A DNA stretch of 64,000 bases from assembly GCA_051362555.1 (NCBI GenBank), contig CM120641.1:36462401-36526400 (forward strand), written 5' to 3'. The stretch is from Lingula anatina (Eukaryota > Animalia > Brachiopoda). Position numbers and translations under genes: made by a program. Shown here piece after piece: positions 29,356 to 50,300 of this stretch. The notes below the pieces were generated by a model, which was not told the DNA's origin, made no database searches, and was given only the letters and a program-made list of their open reading frames with translations. Position 1 is the first letter of the stretch; each line of letters starts with the position of its first letter.

Positions 29356-29606
29356 CATCCCCTGCGAAAATTTGTTTCATTTAACGCTCACTTACGGTTC
29401 TCAACCTGTCCTAGAACGTTTTTCTTTTGAATGAAAAATGTTCTAAATTTGTTCTATGACATTTGAAGGGCTTCCCAAAACAGATCTCGTTCTGTTACAT
29501 TCATTACAGAACGACATTGGAACTGTTAAAAAATAATACATCAAATGTTATAGATTAGATTGAGAACCGTAAGTGAACGTTAAAAGAGAAATTTTCCCAG
29601 GGGATG
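29356..29606. mobile_element. MITE (~250 bp) with ~50-bp imperfect TIRs
   Basis: catcccctgcgaaaattt...ttaacgctcacttacggttctcaa versus ttgagaaccgtaagtgaacgttaa...aaattttcccaggggatg. Confidence 0.75.
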
Positions 29607-30882
29607 TAATGTAAATAGCCTCATCTGCGTTCTTCATCAAGTTGACTTAGTTACAGTTGATTCACCGAAGCTGTGATAAGGCACGTGATAACACGCTGAG
29701 AAAAAGTTATAGGTCTGGTTTACTCATTCAAACTTGTAAATGTTTTTTTAAAACTCATTTGATATCAAATAGTGCAACCAGCAAAGTGATTTCGACCTAG
29801 GGAAGCCGTGGTCGATATTAACATGTACCATCTACCAGCTCTCGGACTGGATATAATTTGTTGAAATCTTTGCATACTCGTTGGAAATTCGGCTTCACAA
29901 AGTTGACCTTCTGATTTATAATTGTGGACGAGGTTTTTTAATTTTTTTGCGAAAGTTGAAGTGGGACGGGTATTTTTTTTGCGTTTTAGTCTATTGAACT
30001 TCAGTTGTATAGATGCAACACTTTTGACTTAGACCAAAATGTAAGCAAGGACTTTCTTGCACTTTACATCTGTGAAAACGGAAATAAGAATTGGTCTAAG
30101 AATTCAAAATTTGCTTATATCAAACAGGTTTTCAGAAGATAAATATTTGCCGATAACTTAAAATTATGCTGATGCGCTAGGAGTGTTTAAAATTTTGTGA
30201 TAGGACCATTTGCCAAAAACATTTAGTTTCCAGTTTTATTTGCACAAAAGTCAGAAATTTCGAAATGATGGATACAGTGGCTTTTTTCTTGAACATATTC
30301 ACGTCTTTCCAAATCATTACCGCTTTAAAGACCACCGCTATTACATTCTCACACACTATGCACCGAATTATAAGAATGAGAAAATGTGCAGATAAAACAG
30401 CATCTTTTTAATGAAAGCAGCAAGAACAGTGGTAGTTAATTAAATACTTTTATTACTTTGTGTTTAAAGCCACATATATATTCTAACACTGAAATAAAAT
30501 CATAACTGGACACCCCCCTCCCCTTCCTGCTTATCCCAGAAACCCCTCTGCTTATCCTAGAAATCCTTAGAACACAACTCCTTATCAAGTTCCATTAAAA
30601 TCATTCACATATACCTGAAATAGTTCAGTAGTCAGTTATTGTCTGTACACGAATGGTCCTCTAGTTTTTATTTAATTTAAATGTCTGTACACAGTCACAG
30701 TTCCCCCTACTGAAAAATACAGCATACCACTTCAATGCAATCAAACTCAATCTGAAATTACACCAAAACAAACTTAAAAGATCCCATTAATATACATGGT
30801 ATGGTTTTCAGAAAAGGGACCCATAATTGTGTACTTACCAATGACGGAAACAAAGTTCTAAATAAGTTACTAGAACACATTT

Positions 30883-37833
<6,951 letters not shown>

Positions 37834-37939
37834 TTTGTACCTTGGTAGTTTCCGAAGATATAAATCTCTTGTTTTCTTTAAAATAGCGAAGTTTACTCTC
37901 TGGATCAGTTAAAATTGCAGATTTTGAGACCCCAATATC

Positions 37940-38300
37940 TTCCTCTCACTTCTACAATGGAAAAATGGCGATAAATGGCAGGAAGTGAATAGAAGTATTC
38001 TTACGCAATCAACACGAAAACCGTCATGTATCACTAAAATTTCTTAAATAAGCTATCAGGTGTATAATTCAAAGTCAACGATATCATATATTCTATTGTC
38101 TCACAAATTTCAAAACCAAAAAACTTTGTCGATTTTAGAACTAGTTTTTGGCGCGCCTTTGTTTCATTGTGCGTAAATCGTTGCGCATGTCTAGCACGTG
38201 AATGCCCGCGCACCGATCAACAATGGGTTCTAATTCTCGGTGGGTGACACACAGGCTTCGGATTTAGAGTTACCAAATATGAAATTAAGATTGTTGATTC
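37940..38300. promoter_or_regulatory. Probable bidirectional promoter for DDX5/17 and EXOSC5
   Basis: Head-to-head genes; CpG-enriched; YY1-like aaaatggcg (~37962), ETS caggaagtg (~37979), E2F-like ttttggcgcgcc (38146-38157), NRF1-like tgcgcatg (~38182), E-box cacgtg (~38195). Motif matches by eye only. Confidence 0.6.
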
Positions 38301-38754
38301 TAAGCTTCGAAATTGTACAGCCAGTACAGTACTTTTTTGCTCTAATTTACCTCAACCTACTCTCCATTTGATTAGACTCTGGTTTGAACTCGGAGACGTA
38401 CGGGATTTTATTTTGTATTTGGTAGTCATAACTTGGCATTCGTTAAGTTATAAATGTCATAATCCCTGCTCAGATTTGTAATTTTACTTAAAATGTTAGT
38501 GTCTATAAGCACGTTTAATCGGTTTAAGCCAAGTGAATAAAGTGGGTAAGGGCGAATTGAATGAGATACTAAAAGTTACTAAAACTGCTTAAATATTTCC
38601 ACAAAGTAGATATCATTCATTCTCCTCTGGTCATTATTGATGTATGGGATTATCAGTGATCAGTTTTTTTATAAGGCCTCGATGAAGGCAGTTAAGTGAA
38701 ATTTCACCATTTGCCTAAACAAGATGACAAGAGTCATTGCCACATAGTAGAACA

Positions 38755-38911
38755 CAGGCCCGTAGCCAGCGAATTCAAAAGATATTTTTTTTCCTGAAAA
38801 AGTGGACATTTTCAATGAAACTTACGTGTACCTAGATCAAATTTTACCCAGAATGGACCTTTTCCTGACAAAAAGGGCGGTTCTTTCTAAACCACCTTGT
38901 CTACAGGCCTG
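38755..38911. mobile_element. Small degenerate MITE (CAGGCC...GGCCTG ends, hAT-like)
   Basis: caggcccgtagccag at left, ttgtctacaggcctg at right; no clear TSD. Confidence 0.45.
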
Positions 38912-38955
38912 ATACCTGTACATGTTTCATGAAGCCATTTTAATTTTTCAGAACA

Positions 38956-39600
38956 ATGCCTTCCAGTTCAATGGAACTTCGACCCATGCTGAGTGAAGTG
39001 AGTGTCCTTTCGCGTTCAGATGGTTCTGCAAGCTTTAGCCAAGGGGACTGTTGTGCACTAGCAGCAGTTTATGGACCAGGGGAGGTGAAGGTAGCTAAAG
39101 AACTATCAGACAAAGCCTCGGTGGAAGTTGTTTTCAAAATGAAAGTTGGCTTGCCAGGATGCAAAGAAAAAATCCAAGAGAGGATTCTAAGAAACACATG
39201 TGAGACTGCCATTGCTGCCACGTTGTATCCCAGGACTGCCATTGATATTGTTATCCAAGAAATGCATAACTCTGGGTCTTTTTTGGCCACATGTATCAAC
39301 TGTGTTTGTATGGCTATGCTTGATGCCTGTGTGGACATGAAGTATCTTGTGGCAACAGTAACATGTGGGTTGAATAGTGAAGGTGAATTGATTTTAGATC
39401 CCACTCTTGAACAGGAATCTGACTTGACTGCCTTGATGATTTTTGCGTATGAAAGTAGCAATTTTGAGGTGATTGCCACTTACACTACAGGCAGTTACAC
39501 TAGTGACCAGTTCCAGATATGCTTAACTCACTGCAGAGAAGCTAGTAAACATATATTCCAGTTCTTTAGAGACACAATGGCTAGAAAACTATCAAAGTAA
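38956..39600 (+). CDS. EXOSC5: Exosome complex component RRP46 (RNase PH fold), 214 aa, single coding exon
   Basis: LSRSDGSASFSQG, AAVYGPGEVK, YPRTAIDIVIQ, ILDPTLEQE motifs; acceptor just upstream of ATG; AATAAA at 39639. Confidence 0.95.
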   Translation: MPSSSMELRPMLSEVSVLSRSDGSASFSQGDCCALAAVYGPGEVKVAKELSDKASVEVVFKMKVGLPGCKEKIQERILRNTCETAIAATLYPRTAIDIVIQEMHNSGSFLATCINCVCMAMLDACVDMKYLVATVTCGLNSEGELILDPTLEQESDLTALMIFAYESSNFEVIATYTTGSYTSDQFQICLTHCREASKHIFQFFRDTMARKLSK

Positions 39601-40279
39601 ATGTACTAAATTGGAGTATTACTGTTTCGTCATGGCACAATAAAATGTGATCCCAAGTTACAAACTTGTTGTGTTCTAAGAGGTTGTTTGTACAATTGTA
39701 CTCAGCATTTACAGTACACAAAATGAAATTATTCTGCTGCACATGTCACTTAGTTTCTCAACATTAAAGAATGCAAATTAAAATTTCATCAATTGATACT
39801 AATGTAAGCTGAGATCCAACATTTCTGTCTCCTATAGACTAGTTTGGGAAATTAGCACAATTAGTATTCTGTTTGTGATTTAATTTTTTTTCATTTGTTT
39901 AAATTGTCTATAACTGGATGAATCAAAGTATCACTTTGATGTCTAGCAGGAAAAATGATGGGAAACTTGAGGTGCTCATGTGCTGCCCGAATCAACATAC
40001 AAACAGTGTATGTATTGATACCAATTAGAAATGGTTGAGAACCAATGTGGATCCTAGTTGGGAAGAATGAGGAGCAGCATTCTTCAGGTATAAATGTAAG
40101 CAGTCTCTCGCATATAAATAAATTGCTAAGTCATAGAATATGCATATGACAAAGCAAAATGTGGAAAGGACTTACAATAATTTTTTTTTCTTTTTTTTTA
40201 AGTATCGGAAGTGGATTTAAAATTTACAATGTTATAAACATAAAGAAATTATCCCCTCCCACCCAGCATTACATTGACG

Positions 40280-40451
40280 TTGTGGAATGCGGTAGTTGAG
40301 AAGAGATAATGCACGCATGCGCAACCAATTGCTCCAATATGGCATCCTGCAGGATAATTTTTTCATTCGACGTGTAAATATTCCGGCAAATGAAGTGATG
40401 CGAAAAATATTTTGATGATTGTCATATTTCAACGGAAAGTTTCTTCTAAAG
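40280..40451 (+). promoter_or_regulatory. Probable WDFY3 promoter and non-coding first exon
   Basis: NRF1-like gcacgcatgcgca (40311-40323), two CCAAT, CpG enrichment, strong donor AG|gtaagt at ~40451; acceptor at ~41319 just before the ATG. Confidence 0.55.
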
Positions 40452-41363
40452 GTAAGTCTTCATGTGGCCAAATTAATAATTCATAATTGCTTACTATGAA
40501 AAATACACGTCCAAACCATGGTAATAACACCGCCTCCTTGGCAATGCGCTGCAAAAGCATTGGCGCTCCAAACAGGCCGCAATTTTACTGGGCTCCCTTA
40601 AGTACTGCATGACTGAAATGTGTTGAAGACGGAAACAGGTTTTGATGATAATTTTGCTGACATAAATACAAATTGCTTTTCCCATAGATCATTGAAACGA
40701 ACAGTGCCTCTGCCTGTTTTGTTACTACCTAACTATATAGCATTAGCTTAAAACATTGTACTCATATGGTACACCATACTGTTTGGTCTGACTGGAGTTT
40801 TATGACTGGGTGCACAATTTTGCCTTCTTCTATCATATGTAGAGGTTAAAATAGCATGCAGTTATCTTTCTTACATTTGATATACTTTCAGTGAAGTATG
40901 TTTAAACATTCACCAAGACATTAAATGAAAATAATGATTGTTATTGTATAAATTAATTATAAAAATGTGTGTATATATATAATCATGAGATTCTTAAGTA
41001 AGGTTTACTTATTAAGAGTACAGAAAGGCATACATTTGGAACAAAAAATAAGGCATAAGCTATCTTGATATGAAGAAAAAAAAAATGAAGTTCATTTTAG
41101 ACCTGGTACAAATAATAACACCTCTAAGTAAATCATAATCTCCTTGTATTATTGAATATGGAGGTTTTTATTTACATCTTATTCTCTGAAGCATTTGACA
41201 AATTTAACACAAAAATTTAATTTTCTCCCAACATTTTCAACTGCAAAATATTTATTTTGATTTGTAAAATTCCTCAAATCAAGTAAATTTTGCTCTATTT
41301 CTCATGTATTATATTTCAGGTATTTGGATGACATGTAATTCAAGTACATAAGGGAGGAGGAGC

Positions 41364-44300
41364 ATGAATTTAATGCGCAAGCTAGTAGGGCAGAGTGCCC
41401 GGCCTGGCATGGAAGTTAGCCAGAGCAACTCAGACAACAGTTTAGGGCTAACCCATCTGCGCAAACTGTTTGCTGAGTTCCGTCATCCGTCAACATCATA
41501 TACATCAAAAGACCAAGAAGAAAAATTATACAACATGCTACCCTTGTTTTGTAAGGTAAGAATATATAAAGTGGAAAATAATACAAAGATAATGAAAAGA
41601 TATCCTCACCATTAAAATCTAGTGACCACCCATCCTACCTACCATCCATGCACATATGTACACATGCATAAGTGCACAAGAAAATATGCACATATACACA
41701 TACACAGACCTGAATTTTGGCAGAGGGCTGGACTGGTCAGGCAGGGCGGGAAGGGGGTCACAGTGACCTAATTCTAAATATCAAAAAAAGATATCTCATT
41801 GTTAATTTTGTTTCTTGATCTATTCTTGTGTTTTTGTGACCCTTTAAGGTGTTTGGAGGTTCCCCTTCCAATGATATGACAGAAAAATTTGGTGACATCC
41901 TCCAGTTTTGTAGCCATGTGTCCAAGTTGATGGTGACAGAGATTAGGAGAAGAGCATCCAACCAATCAACAGGTAAGTGCCAAAATGTTTTCGCCTATCT
42001 GATCCTTCTAGTATGGGGCTATAAGTCTATTGTCCCAAATCAGAAAGGTTGGCAAATAGCAGAATAAACTTATAATATACAATTTTATTGTTTTTGCTTC
42101 AGTTTTATTGACATCTGGCATAGAACCAATGCTGATGCTGCATTATAAGGATAAATTATTTTGGGCTATCAGTTTTGAATATTTTGCATCCTACATGATA
42201 TGAAATTTTGATCATATTGTACTCAAATGGAAGTGATAGCAGGTGTTGACAGTTACATTCTAAAAAGGGAAAGTGGGGAAATACCTGATTGTGTCTTTCT
42301 AGTCTTGTATATGTAGATTATTTGGAATAGATGTCTCCCAGAGCTGGATAGCTGTGAATATGTTGTGTCTGTTTGTGAACACGACACAGTTTGCAATATA
42401 CTTGTAACCTTTGAAACGTATTAGATATTTGCAAATTGCTTAAAAAACACTGAATAACAATACATGTAGTCTTAGTTTATAATTATTGGTAGGTCTATTT
42501 GAATTATGCCTTTGAATAAAAGCTTGCAATTTGCTGCCAAAAATGCCAGTTTGACTTGATGACTCAACAGAGCAATGCTTTCAAGGCAAATCCGCCATTA
42601 GATGTTGTCACAGTATCAGATTATGATAGATGATGAGATTCTAGTCTGTTTATGTACATTATCTCACCCGTTTGCATGGCCCTGCCAAAATAGTACAGTT
42701 TAAATGTATTTTTGAAAAGTTTGTTTACATTAATAAAAACACTTAAACAAGCACATTCTTTTTAATCAATCATATATGTATTCATTGGCATAATTCTGTG
42801 TTTAAACAAAGAGATTGTGAGAGAAAAATAAGGTGTCTTGGTATAACTGCATGTGCCTGTATTTATTATGGAGTTGGTAATTTGTATCTAAATATACCTG
42901 ATATCAATGTTGTGGGGGTGGTTGTGATTTTTAAAATTATTATTTATAATCTGTTATTTATTGATATCAATTGTAATTGGTACACAGAGAATTTGGCCTG
43001 CGATATTATCCTTCAGTTATCAGTAATTTATAGGCTGAACTTCTGTACAAATTGTCACCTGCCATAGCCATGTGATGGGTTGATAGTAATAATAATGCTG
43101 TTGGCTCCATATTGTTTTACCTGCCCCCTGACCCCCTGAAAAATTGATTATATTAAGGAGACAAATTTCCTGGTCACTTTAAGTTTATCAAGCAGAAATT
43201 TTATGTTATTCAATTCATATTTTAAATTTGCAAAAGGTAATCTATAGTTTTGACGACTGTAGCCTGATATTGAACATTGACAAAACAAATGGTGAGGGGG
43301 GCATTCCTCTTGGTGTTATGTTTTTTATGTGACAAAATTCCTTGTCTGTTTTATCTAAGCTATGCCTTTATAATATGAGAGAGTTGTTGGTTTCTATTTT
43401 TCTTTTCTACCAAGCAAGTAATCCTGTTAGCGTATGTCCAGCTTTTATGTGATTGCATTTTTTACAGGGGTAGAAAATGCATATTTCAACATACCATTAT
43501 AAATTGTGTTTTTGCTGATTTTACCAGATGCATTTGATCCTTGGAACTGCATTGGCATTTTTAAGTCTTGATGAACACTCATATTAACCAATGGTTTATA
43601 ATTAATTTGCACTATTTAAACAATGCAGGTAGAAAGATAAGATATATGTATATAAATCCGCTTAAATATATAACTGGTGCATTCTGTGAGATAATGACGA
43701 ATGACAGTTCCAATTATCAGATCAGTTTTAAAGCTTGATTTATGGAGATTTATTGATCACAGGCTGACAGTTTCATTTTAGAATCTGGAAAGAAGTGGGA
43801 AGGGATTAGGTAGCTGGAATAGGACATTTTCAGTCTTTAGGTCTTCATCAGTCTGCACTCTTCAAATGGTATATTGTTTTTATACATGTACTATGAAGGG
43901 GACCTTTTCAGTAGACATTTATTTGAATTATGCACATTATAAAATGATATTGATTATTTAAAGTAACATTTGAAGCAAGGGTGGATTCCTAGTTAAGCGC
44001 ATCTAGTAGGTTCTTATACAACCAAAATAAAGTTGATATGCCAAGTCATAAACCAAATTAATTCCTGATCCCTGGTTGATGATTGACCTATTTATCTGTC
44101 CCTCCAGTTCGTAAAAGTCTGCTAAATGACATAGTACTGCATGTACATTGCATAAAAATTACTCCAATGTATGGATGTAGCTCACCAAACAGTTGTATAT
44201 TTATTCAAATGAGTTGCTGAAAATGACTGAGGGTTATATGCACAGAAGGAAAGCAGAAATTTAATTATCTAATCAAATATCATTTTCTGAGAAATGTGAA

Positions 44301-47300
44301 ACAATGTCCTGTGGTGCTTCTCTAAGTTATACTATTTGAAACTACATGGTGGCATTTGGTTGGATTTTGTGGCAAAAAAATTCACATCAAATGAATCTTT
44401 AAGGAATCTGTCCCAGCCAACACAACAATTCTATATTTTGTACCACCATCATAGAAAATTAAAGAACAGTGTGCACACTGCATTGATAACATTATATAAT
44501 TTAGGCTTAAAACTTTTTACCATCGTAACTATTACTTTTGTTTAAAAATTTTTTTTCTATTTTGTTAGATTTTTTAAACATAGAAAAAGAGTGTTTAGTT
44601 TATATTTTGGCTAGTGATTCCCAAAACGATGAGAAAATTATCTAGAAAGCTATTCCATAACCCAAAAGATAGAACAGTGACGCCTTCATGTGGTTATTTC
44701 AGTCCAAGTTGAAGCATTGTGGTCTGGGCAGAAATGATATGATTTCTCAAATTACTCGGAATCAATGCAAGCTGCAGATCACATTTCAACCACCTCAGAG
44801 AAGAAATGGTGCAAAATCAATAGCAAAACTCTGTTCTAAGTTTGAGTGTCTGAAAAACCAGTTTTGCAAGATAACCTCTGGCAAGTTTATATATGTCATT
44901 TTTGGATAGTTTTGTTATAAATGTAGGATATACAGCACCATAGTTTAGTATTATTATCATAAAAAAGAAAGAAATGGAGAGATTGTGTACAATAATTGAT
45001 GAATTATGACATGTCACCCATACGGTTATATAAGTAATTATATTAATACAATTGCATAAACATCTTACTGCTTTTGTTTGAGTTTTTCAAAACACTTATT
45101 GATCTGATAATACATCAAGTGGAAGAAGCAATGCAATGTTATGATGTTTGCATACCCATGATGATGATTAATATGCAACATGCAATGACATTGATTGCAG
45201 ATGCAATCATCTTTTCATGACAATGCGAAAATGTATGTAGCGCATTACATGTGACACTTTATTACATGTTTTTTTAATGGATGTCTGTAGGAGTTTGGCA
45301 TTTGGAAGTAATGGGAATGCTTTTGTTTTTAATGTCAAACATTACGTAATGGTTTCTTGCATAGCAATATCAATTTACTTATATTGGAAGGTATTTTACT
45401 GAAGTTTAGAAAAGATAACAAAAACAAAAGAGTATGGTGTTTAGAATAAATTCACAATCTAAACTGAATTGAAAATAAGGGACACTGCTGTACTATATGT
45501 AATTCCAAACAGACAAAGAGAAGACCATTCAAACTAGTGCTAATTAAGTCATTTTAACCTATTATTGTTTTAGACTTGGGTTTACACACTCCATAATGGT
45601 GTGTGTTTCTTTTCATTGTATGAAGGGTTCTGATAAGTGTGTTTCACTTCAGTGCAATAAAACCCTGTCTGTTAGAATGTGCATCTTAAATTGATTCCAT
45701 CAGGAAAGTAGTGTGCGCTTATATCAACTCCGGCCACCAGCATTGATTTTTCTTGCAGTGATCAATATTCAGGAGAAGTATCCACAGTAAAATGGCACCC
45801 TACACATACACACACACACAGAGAGAGAGACAGATACACAGGGCAAATTCTAATTATTTTCTTCATCAACCTATTAAATATAACATACCAATTCCAACTG
45901 GACATGGTCAAATCAATGGACATTAGGACGGCATTCTTGATGTGAACTTTTGCGAATAGAATTGTGAAATGGTAATGCTGATGGTACAGATGAAATGGCT
46001 ACTGGCTTGGCACTATGGGGAGGTCAATAAAGCTAACTTTCTTATCAAAAATAGAAAACATTGATTTGCTAGAGATAAATCTGTGGATGGAATGTCACTC
46101 CTGAATGCTTGTGCTATTAGTTCAAACAAAAGTAAACAGGTTGTGGAAATAACCTGGGAAAGTTACTTATGGAGACCTTTGAATGCAATCAATTATATTA
46201 CAATTCATTTGTCAATATTATATGTCAAGTGGTGATATTACAAGTAACATCTTATCAGTGCCAATTAAAATTGCCGTTACATAATCAAGGATGAAAATGT
46301 AGAATATCAGAGAAACATAAAATCTCTGTAAACTTTCTCTAATATATATGATTGTATAGTATTATGAACATTTGTTCTTTTTTTTTTTTTTTTTTGTGGG
46401 GGGAGGGAAGGGGGGGTTCCTTAAAAAGATTAGCAAAGATTGCTATTGTGATAACAAATGTTAACACCCAAGGACTTTGATTGTGTAACCTGCTGGATAT
46501 CTTAATTGCTAATAAAATAACAATGTCAAGTGCATTGAAGTGTTTCATTAAACCTTCAATAATAATAATACATAATCAAAGATTTAAAATAATTACTATT
46601 TATGTAAGATATCATTTATAGCTGAACATGACTGCTGATTTACCTTCAGTGCACCGACATCAATAGCTAATCATGGGCGAAAAGAAATTATTTGAAACAT
46701 TGCATAACATATCCTTTGTAACTTATTTATATGAGGGGTGCTTTTTAAAGCTATTTTTATTTTTAATCAGAAAATATCTCTCTTTTTATTTGGAAACATA
46801 TTCTTATTTCCAGAAGCAGCAAGTTGTGCCATTGTCAAGTTCTTGGAGATTGACACGACAGAAGAATCCAGCAACGGCTGGATGTTGCTGAGTACTCTGA
46901 ATCTCCTCAGTACCGGTGCCCATAGTTTAATAGACTGTATGACAGCAGCTTCCCTTCCTTCCACACTGGTCAAATGCCTCTATTTGTTCTTTGATCTCCC
47001 TGGAGCAAAGATTGAGGACCGTGGCCACAGTGAGTTTACATCGGAGGAAAGGAGGATTCTGCTGCAGAAAGTATTTGTGCAGGTAATTTGCTGTGTAGCA
47101 ACTACTTTGTAAATTGTAACAGGGATGAGATTTTTCTGACTGTTTCCATGAGTTCAAAGCATTAAAAAAAGTATTGCTATGCTGAAAATTGATTTATTAG
47201 GTTGGTTCCCATATAAAATATTTCTACTGACGATTCTGCTCCCTTGAAATTGTTAACTTGAAAAATTGTACATGTACAAGGATAAAACTGGCATACAGTT

Positions 47301-50300
47301 CTTGTAAAACCATAATGGAAATTATCTGAAATGGCCCTTAGTCTTGTTACATAGCATAAAGTTAACCGAGGTGTCAGGGGATTTGGAGGAAAATGTCGTA
47401 ATGAATAACAGCTGTCAGATTATACCCACGTAATTTTCTCCAGCATTACTATCTATTGCAGAACAGGACAAATTCACCATGTTTTGTGCGTCACTTTTGT
47501 ATTGCTTTCTAAGACGACATTCCCAAACCCTGGCATCTAGGGCTTTAACCTAATCACTAAAAAGTTAACCCCATCTAATGTGGACTCCTGCACTCCTAGC
47601 AGTGCCAATAGACTCTAATGACTCCCATTGGAGATTGAAATGTGGTTGAAAGCCCACTGTTTAATGCCTAAAATAAAAGTAATGCTAGCCTTTAAATATG
47701 CATACACTATTTTCAATAATCAGCACGTGATACTTCACAGGTGCTTGTACGACTGTGCAGCCACACAGCCCCAGCAGAGGAGTTGGCCAGAAAAGATGAC
47801 CTGACTTTGTTGTTCAGTGCCATCACCAGCTGGTGTCCTGCCCACAATGTGCCATGGAGGAAGAGTGCGGCTGAAGTCCTTATGACACTGTCCAGGCATG
47901 GGCTGACCCCTAATGTAGTGCAGTACATTCATTGTAAGTAATTCTGTATCAATGAATGCAACTGTTTTGATGTGAATTAATAAAAAGCTAGTGATATCAT
48001 GATAAAGAAAAAGTCCTTGTGGTGGCACAGTTATCTTTGATTTCCAATTAGTATATTTGCTCTTGGGAATCTATAGTGGATAAATGTTTTTGCAATTTTT
48101 GTAACACCTTTATGAAAATCCAACCCCTTATTCACAAGTTTTATGAGTTACGCAGTTTTTAATTTCAGGATTCACCTACTTTGAGTATGAGCTCAAGTTT
48201 TACATCTGTTAAATTTCTAATGTCTCAGTCCACTGACACTGATAATTTTTATGTATCTATAAATATTGTATATCTTGATTTCTTTTAGCCAAGGGCTGTG
48301 TGGCCTTGTGTATAGAGAACATGAAGAGAAACCAGGACCTGACCCCACTAGAGATAGTGGAAATGTTTGTCACAGTGTTCTGCTTTCTGAAGGATTCCAG
48401 TGAGGTGTCACAGATCTTACTGGATGACTTCAGATCTTGTCAGGGTTATATATTTCTATCAGACTTCCTTTTGAGGTAAATTTCAAATAGAACATTTCTC
48501 AGGTTTTGGCTTAATATATGATATTAATGATTCAGTAACCTGTAACCACATTTTGAGTGCTAAAAAAAGGAAAATCATGAAAAAAAGATATAAACTAATG
48601 GGTTATCATTTTATTTTTCATAAACCATGGATTAGGGAAACTAATGGGTTATCATTTTATTTTTCATAAACCATGGATTAGGGAACTTGTGGCATATAAT
48701 ATTTTGCTGATCCCTGAATGTTTGTGCTCTAGATCTCCAGTTAATTCCTGCCTTATTGATAATTAGATCAACAATTTCATTACATGAAATATATACCTTA
48801 AAATAAAAATCACTGAAATCACTAATAAGAATGTCAATTTTTTATTTCTATAGATTAGAACAAGATGAAGATGAGGAGACCAGGCAAGCCCTAAGAAACT
48901 TGGTCCTCCTCATGGGATCACTAACTACGTGTGGTTACATTGAGTTAAAGCCCACCCAGGCCAGCACTGGCTCCTTATATCAGATGCCTGGTTTTACTCT
49001 ACCGCAACCAGCAGGGAAAGGTATGTCTTTTATATTACAAGAAACTATCAGGAATGTTTGCATAGACAGACTGCACATAATATATCAGTGTTAACTCAGC
49101 TGTTCTTAATGTGTAATGTGTATGGTTATTAATATAAGATTTAGAGGCTAGAGTACCATTGATACCAGTATAGATCAGAGTACTTCAGTTTAAGAAACAT
49201 TGGGGATCTAGGACAGTTATTTTGGGCTCATTTCTGAAACATTTCACAAACATTTTTAGTCTTTCTTAAAAGTTGGACGGTGAAAGTCATGTTTTATTTT
49301 TACTTGTTCAGGGTGACATTTGTAGAGGGCAGTCTTTAAAAGGCTTCTGGTTCTGCTGCTGGTATCAGTGATGTTATTAAAAATGTGTAGTTACCATTTG
49401 GTGAATGCCTGTCCTTGCCTTTTTAGCTGACAAATCATCACTGTTGTTATTATTATTATTGATCCACTAAACCACACAATCCATCAAAAGTCTTATTGAA
49501 AATATAGCGAAAATGGAATGGTGTGAGTCTCATTTACTGAACCAAAAGATTGAAGACTTTTGTTATTTGACATTCACAAGAAATTATTGTGTAGTATTGA
49601 GGAGGAACAAGCAAACTGTATAATGTGAATGTATTTTTTCCTTGTATACTGTTGTTACTGTTGTAGTGGTATTAAAATTTAAGGATTTCTTCATATTTTG
49701 TGGCAATATATCTATAGATTTCTTTTACACTGTTGTAACTTGGTGTCTTAATCCTATAATGCTGACAAGCATACTGTGATTATCAAGACTTGAATACCAT
49801 ATTGATAGTAAAGCATGGTGCATGATTTGTGTTGTGTGAAATTTAAAATGTTTTCTCCTTCTCCCTTTCCCAGCTTTTCAAGGCAAGTGATGAAGTACCA
49901 CATAGTTATGGTTGTGTGAATGAACCTTTATAATCCTTATCCAGTGTAGTAAATCATGATTTTAAACTATGGGTCGGACCCTAGATCCATTTGTTTTGTT
50001 GCTGATAAAAATTATCAGCCACTTTTTGTTTAATGCCAAAATGGTAACGCGTGCATGATGGAAAATGTTTTCCAAGAATGACCTTTATTCAAATAGTTGA
50101 TCATTCAGAACTTTACAAAGGAATGATGGATTCTCAGCATGTATAAATTATTTCATTTATTTGCATGGTGATCATGATTTATAGTTTTTAACACATGATT
50201 ACTAACATACAGCTGGAGGGTTGGTTTTTTTTTTTTTTAAATTTTCGAATGTTAAAATTTGAAAGATGGTTAAAATGAAAAGAAAGCTGTGTTGCTTTGT

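Noticed and set aside
27500-30400. CpG-richer intergenic region with isolated plus-strand donors (~28241, ~29155) and possible decayed transposon sequence
   Set aside because: No coherent exon chain, ORF or termini identified apart from the MITE at 29356-29606.
39069-39479. 136-aa minus ORF (and similar one at 57873-58283)
   Set aside because: Antisense shadows of EXOSC5 and WDFY3 coding exons.
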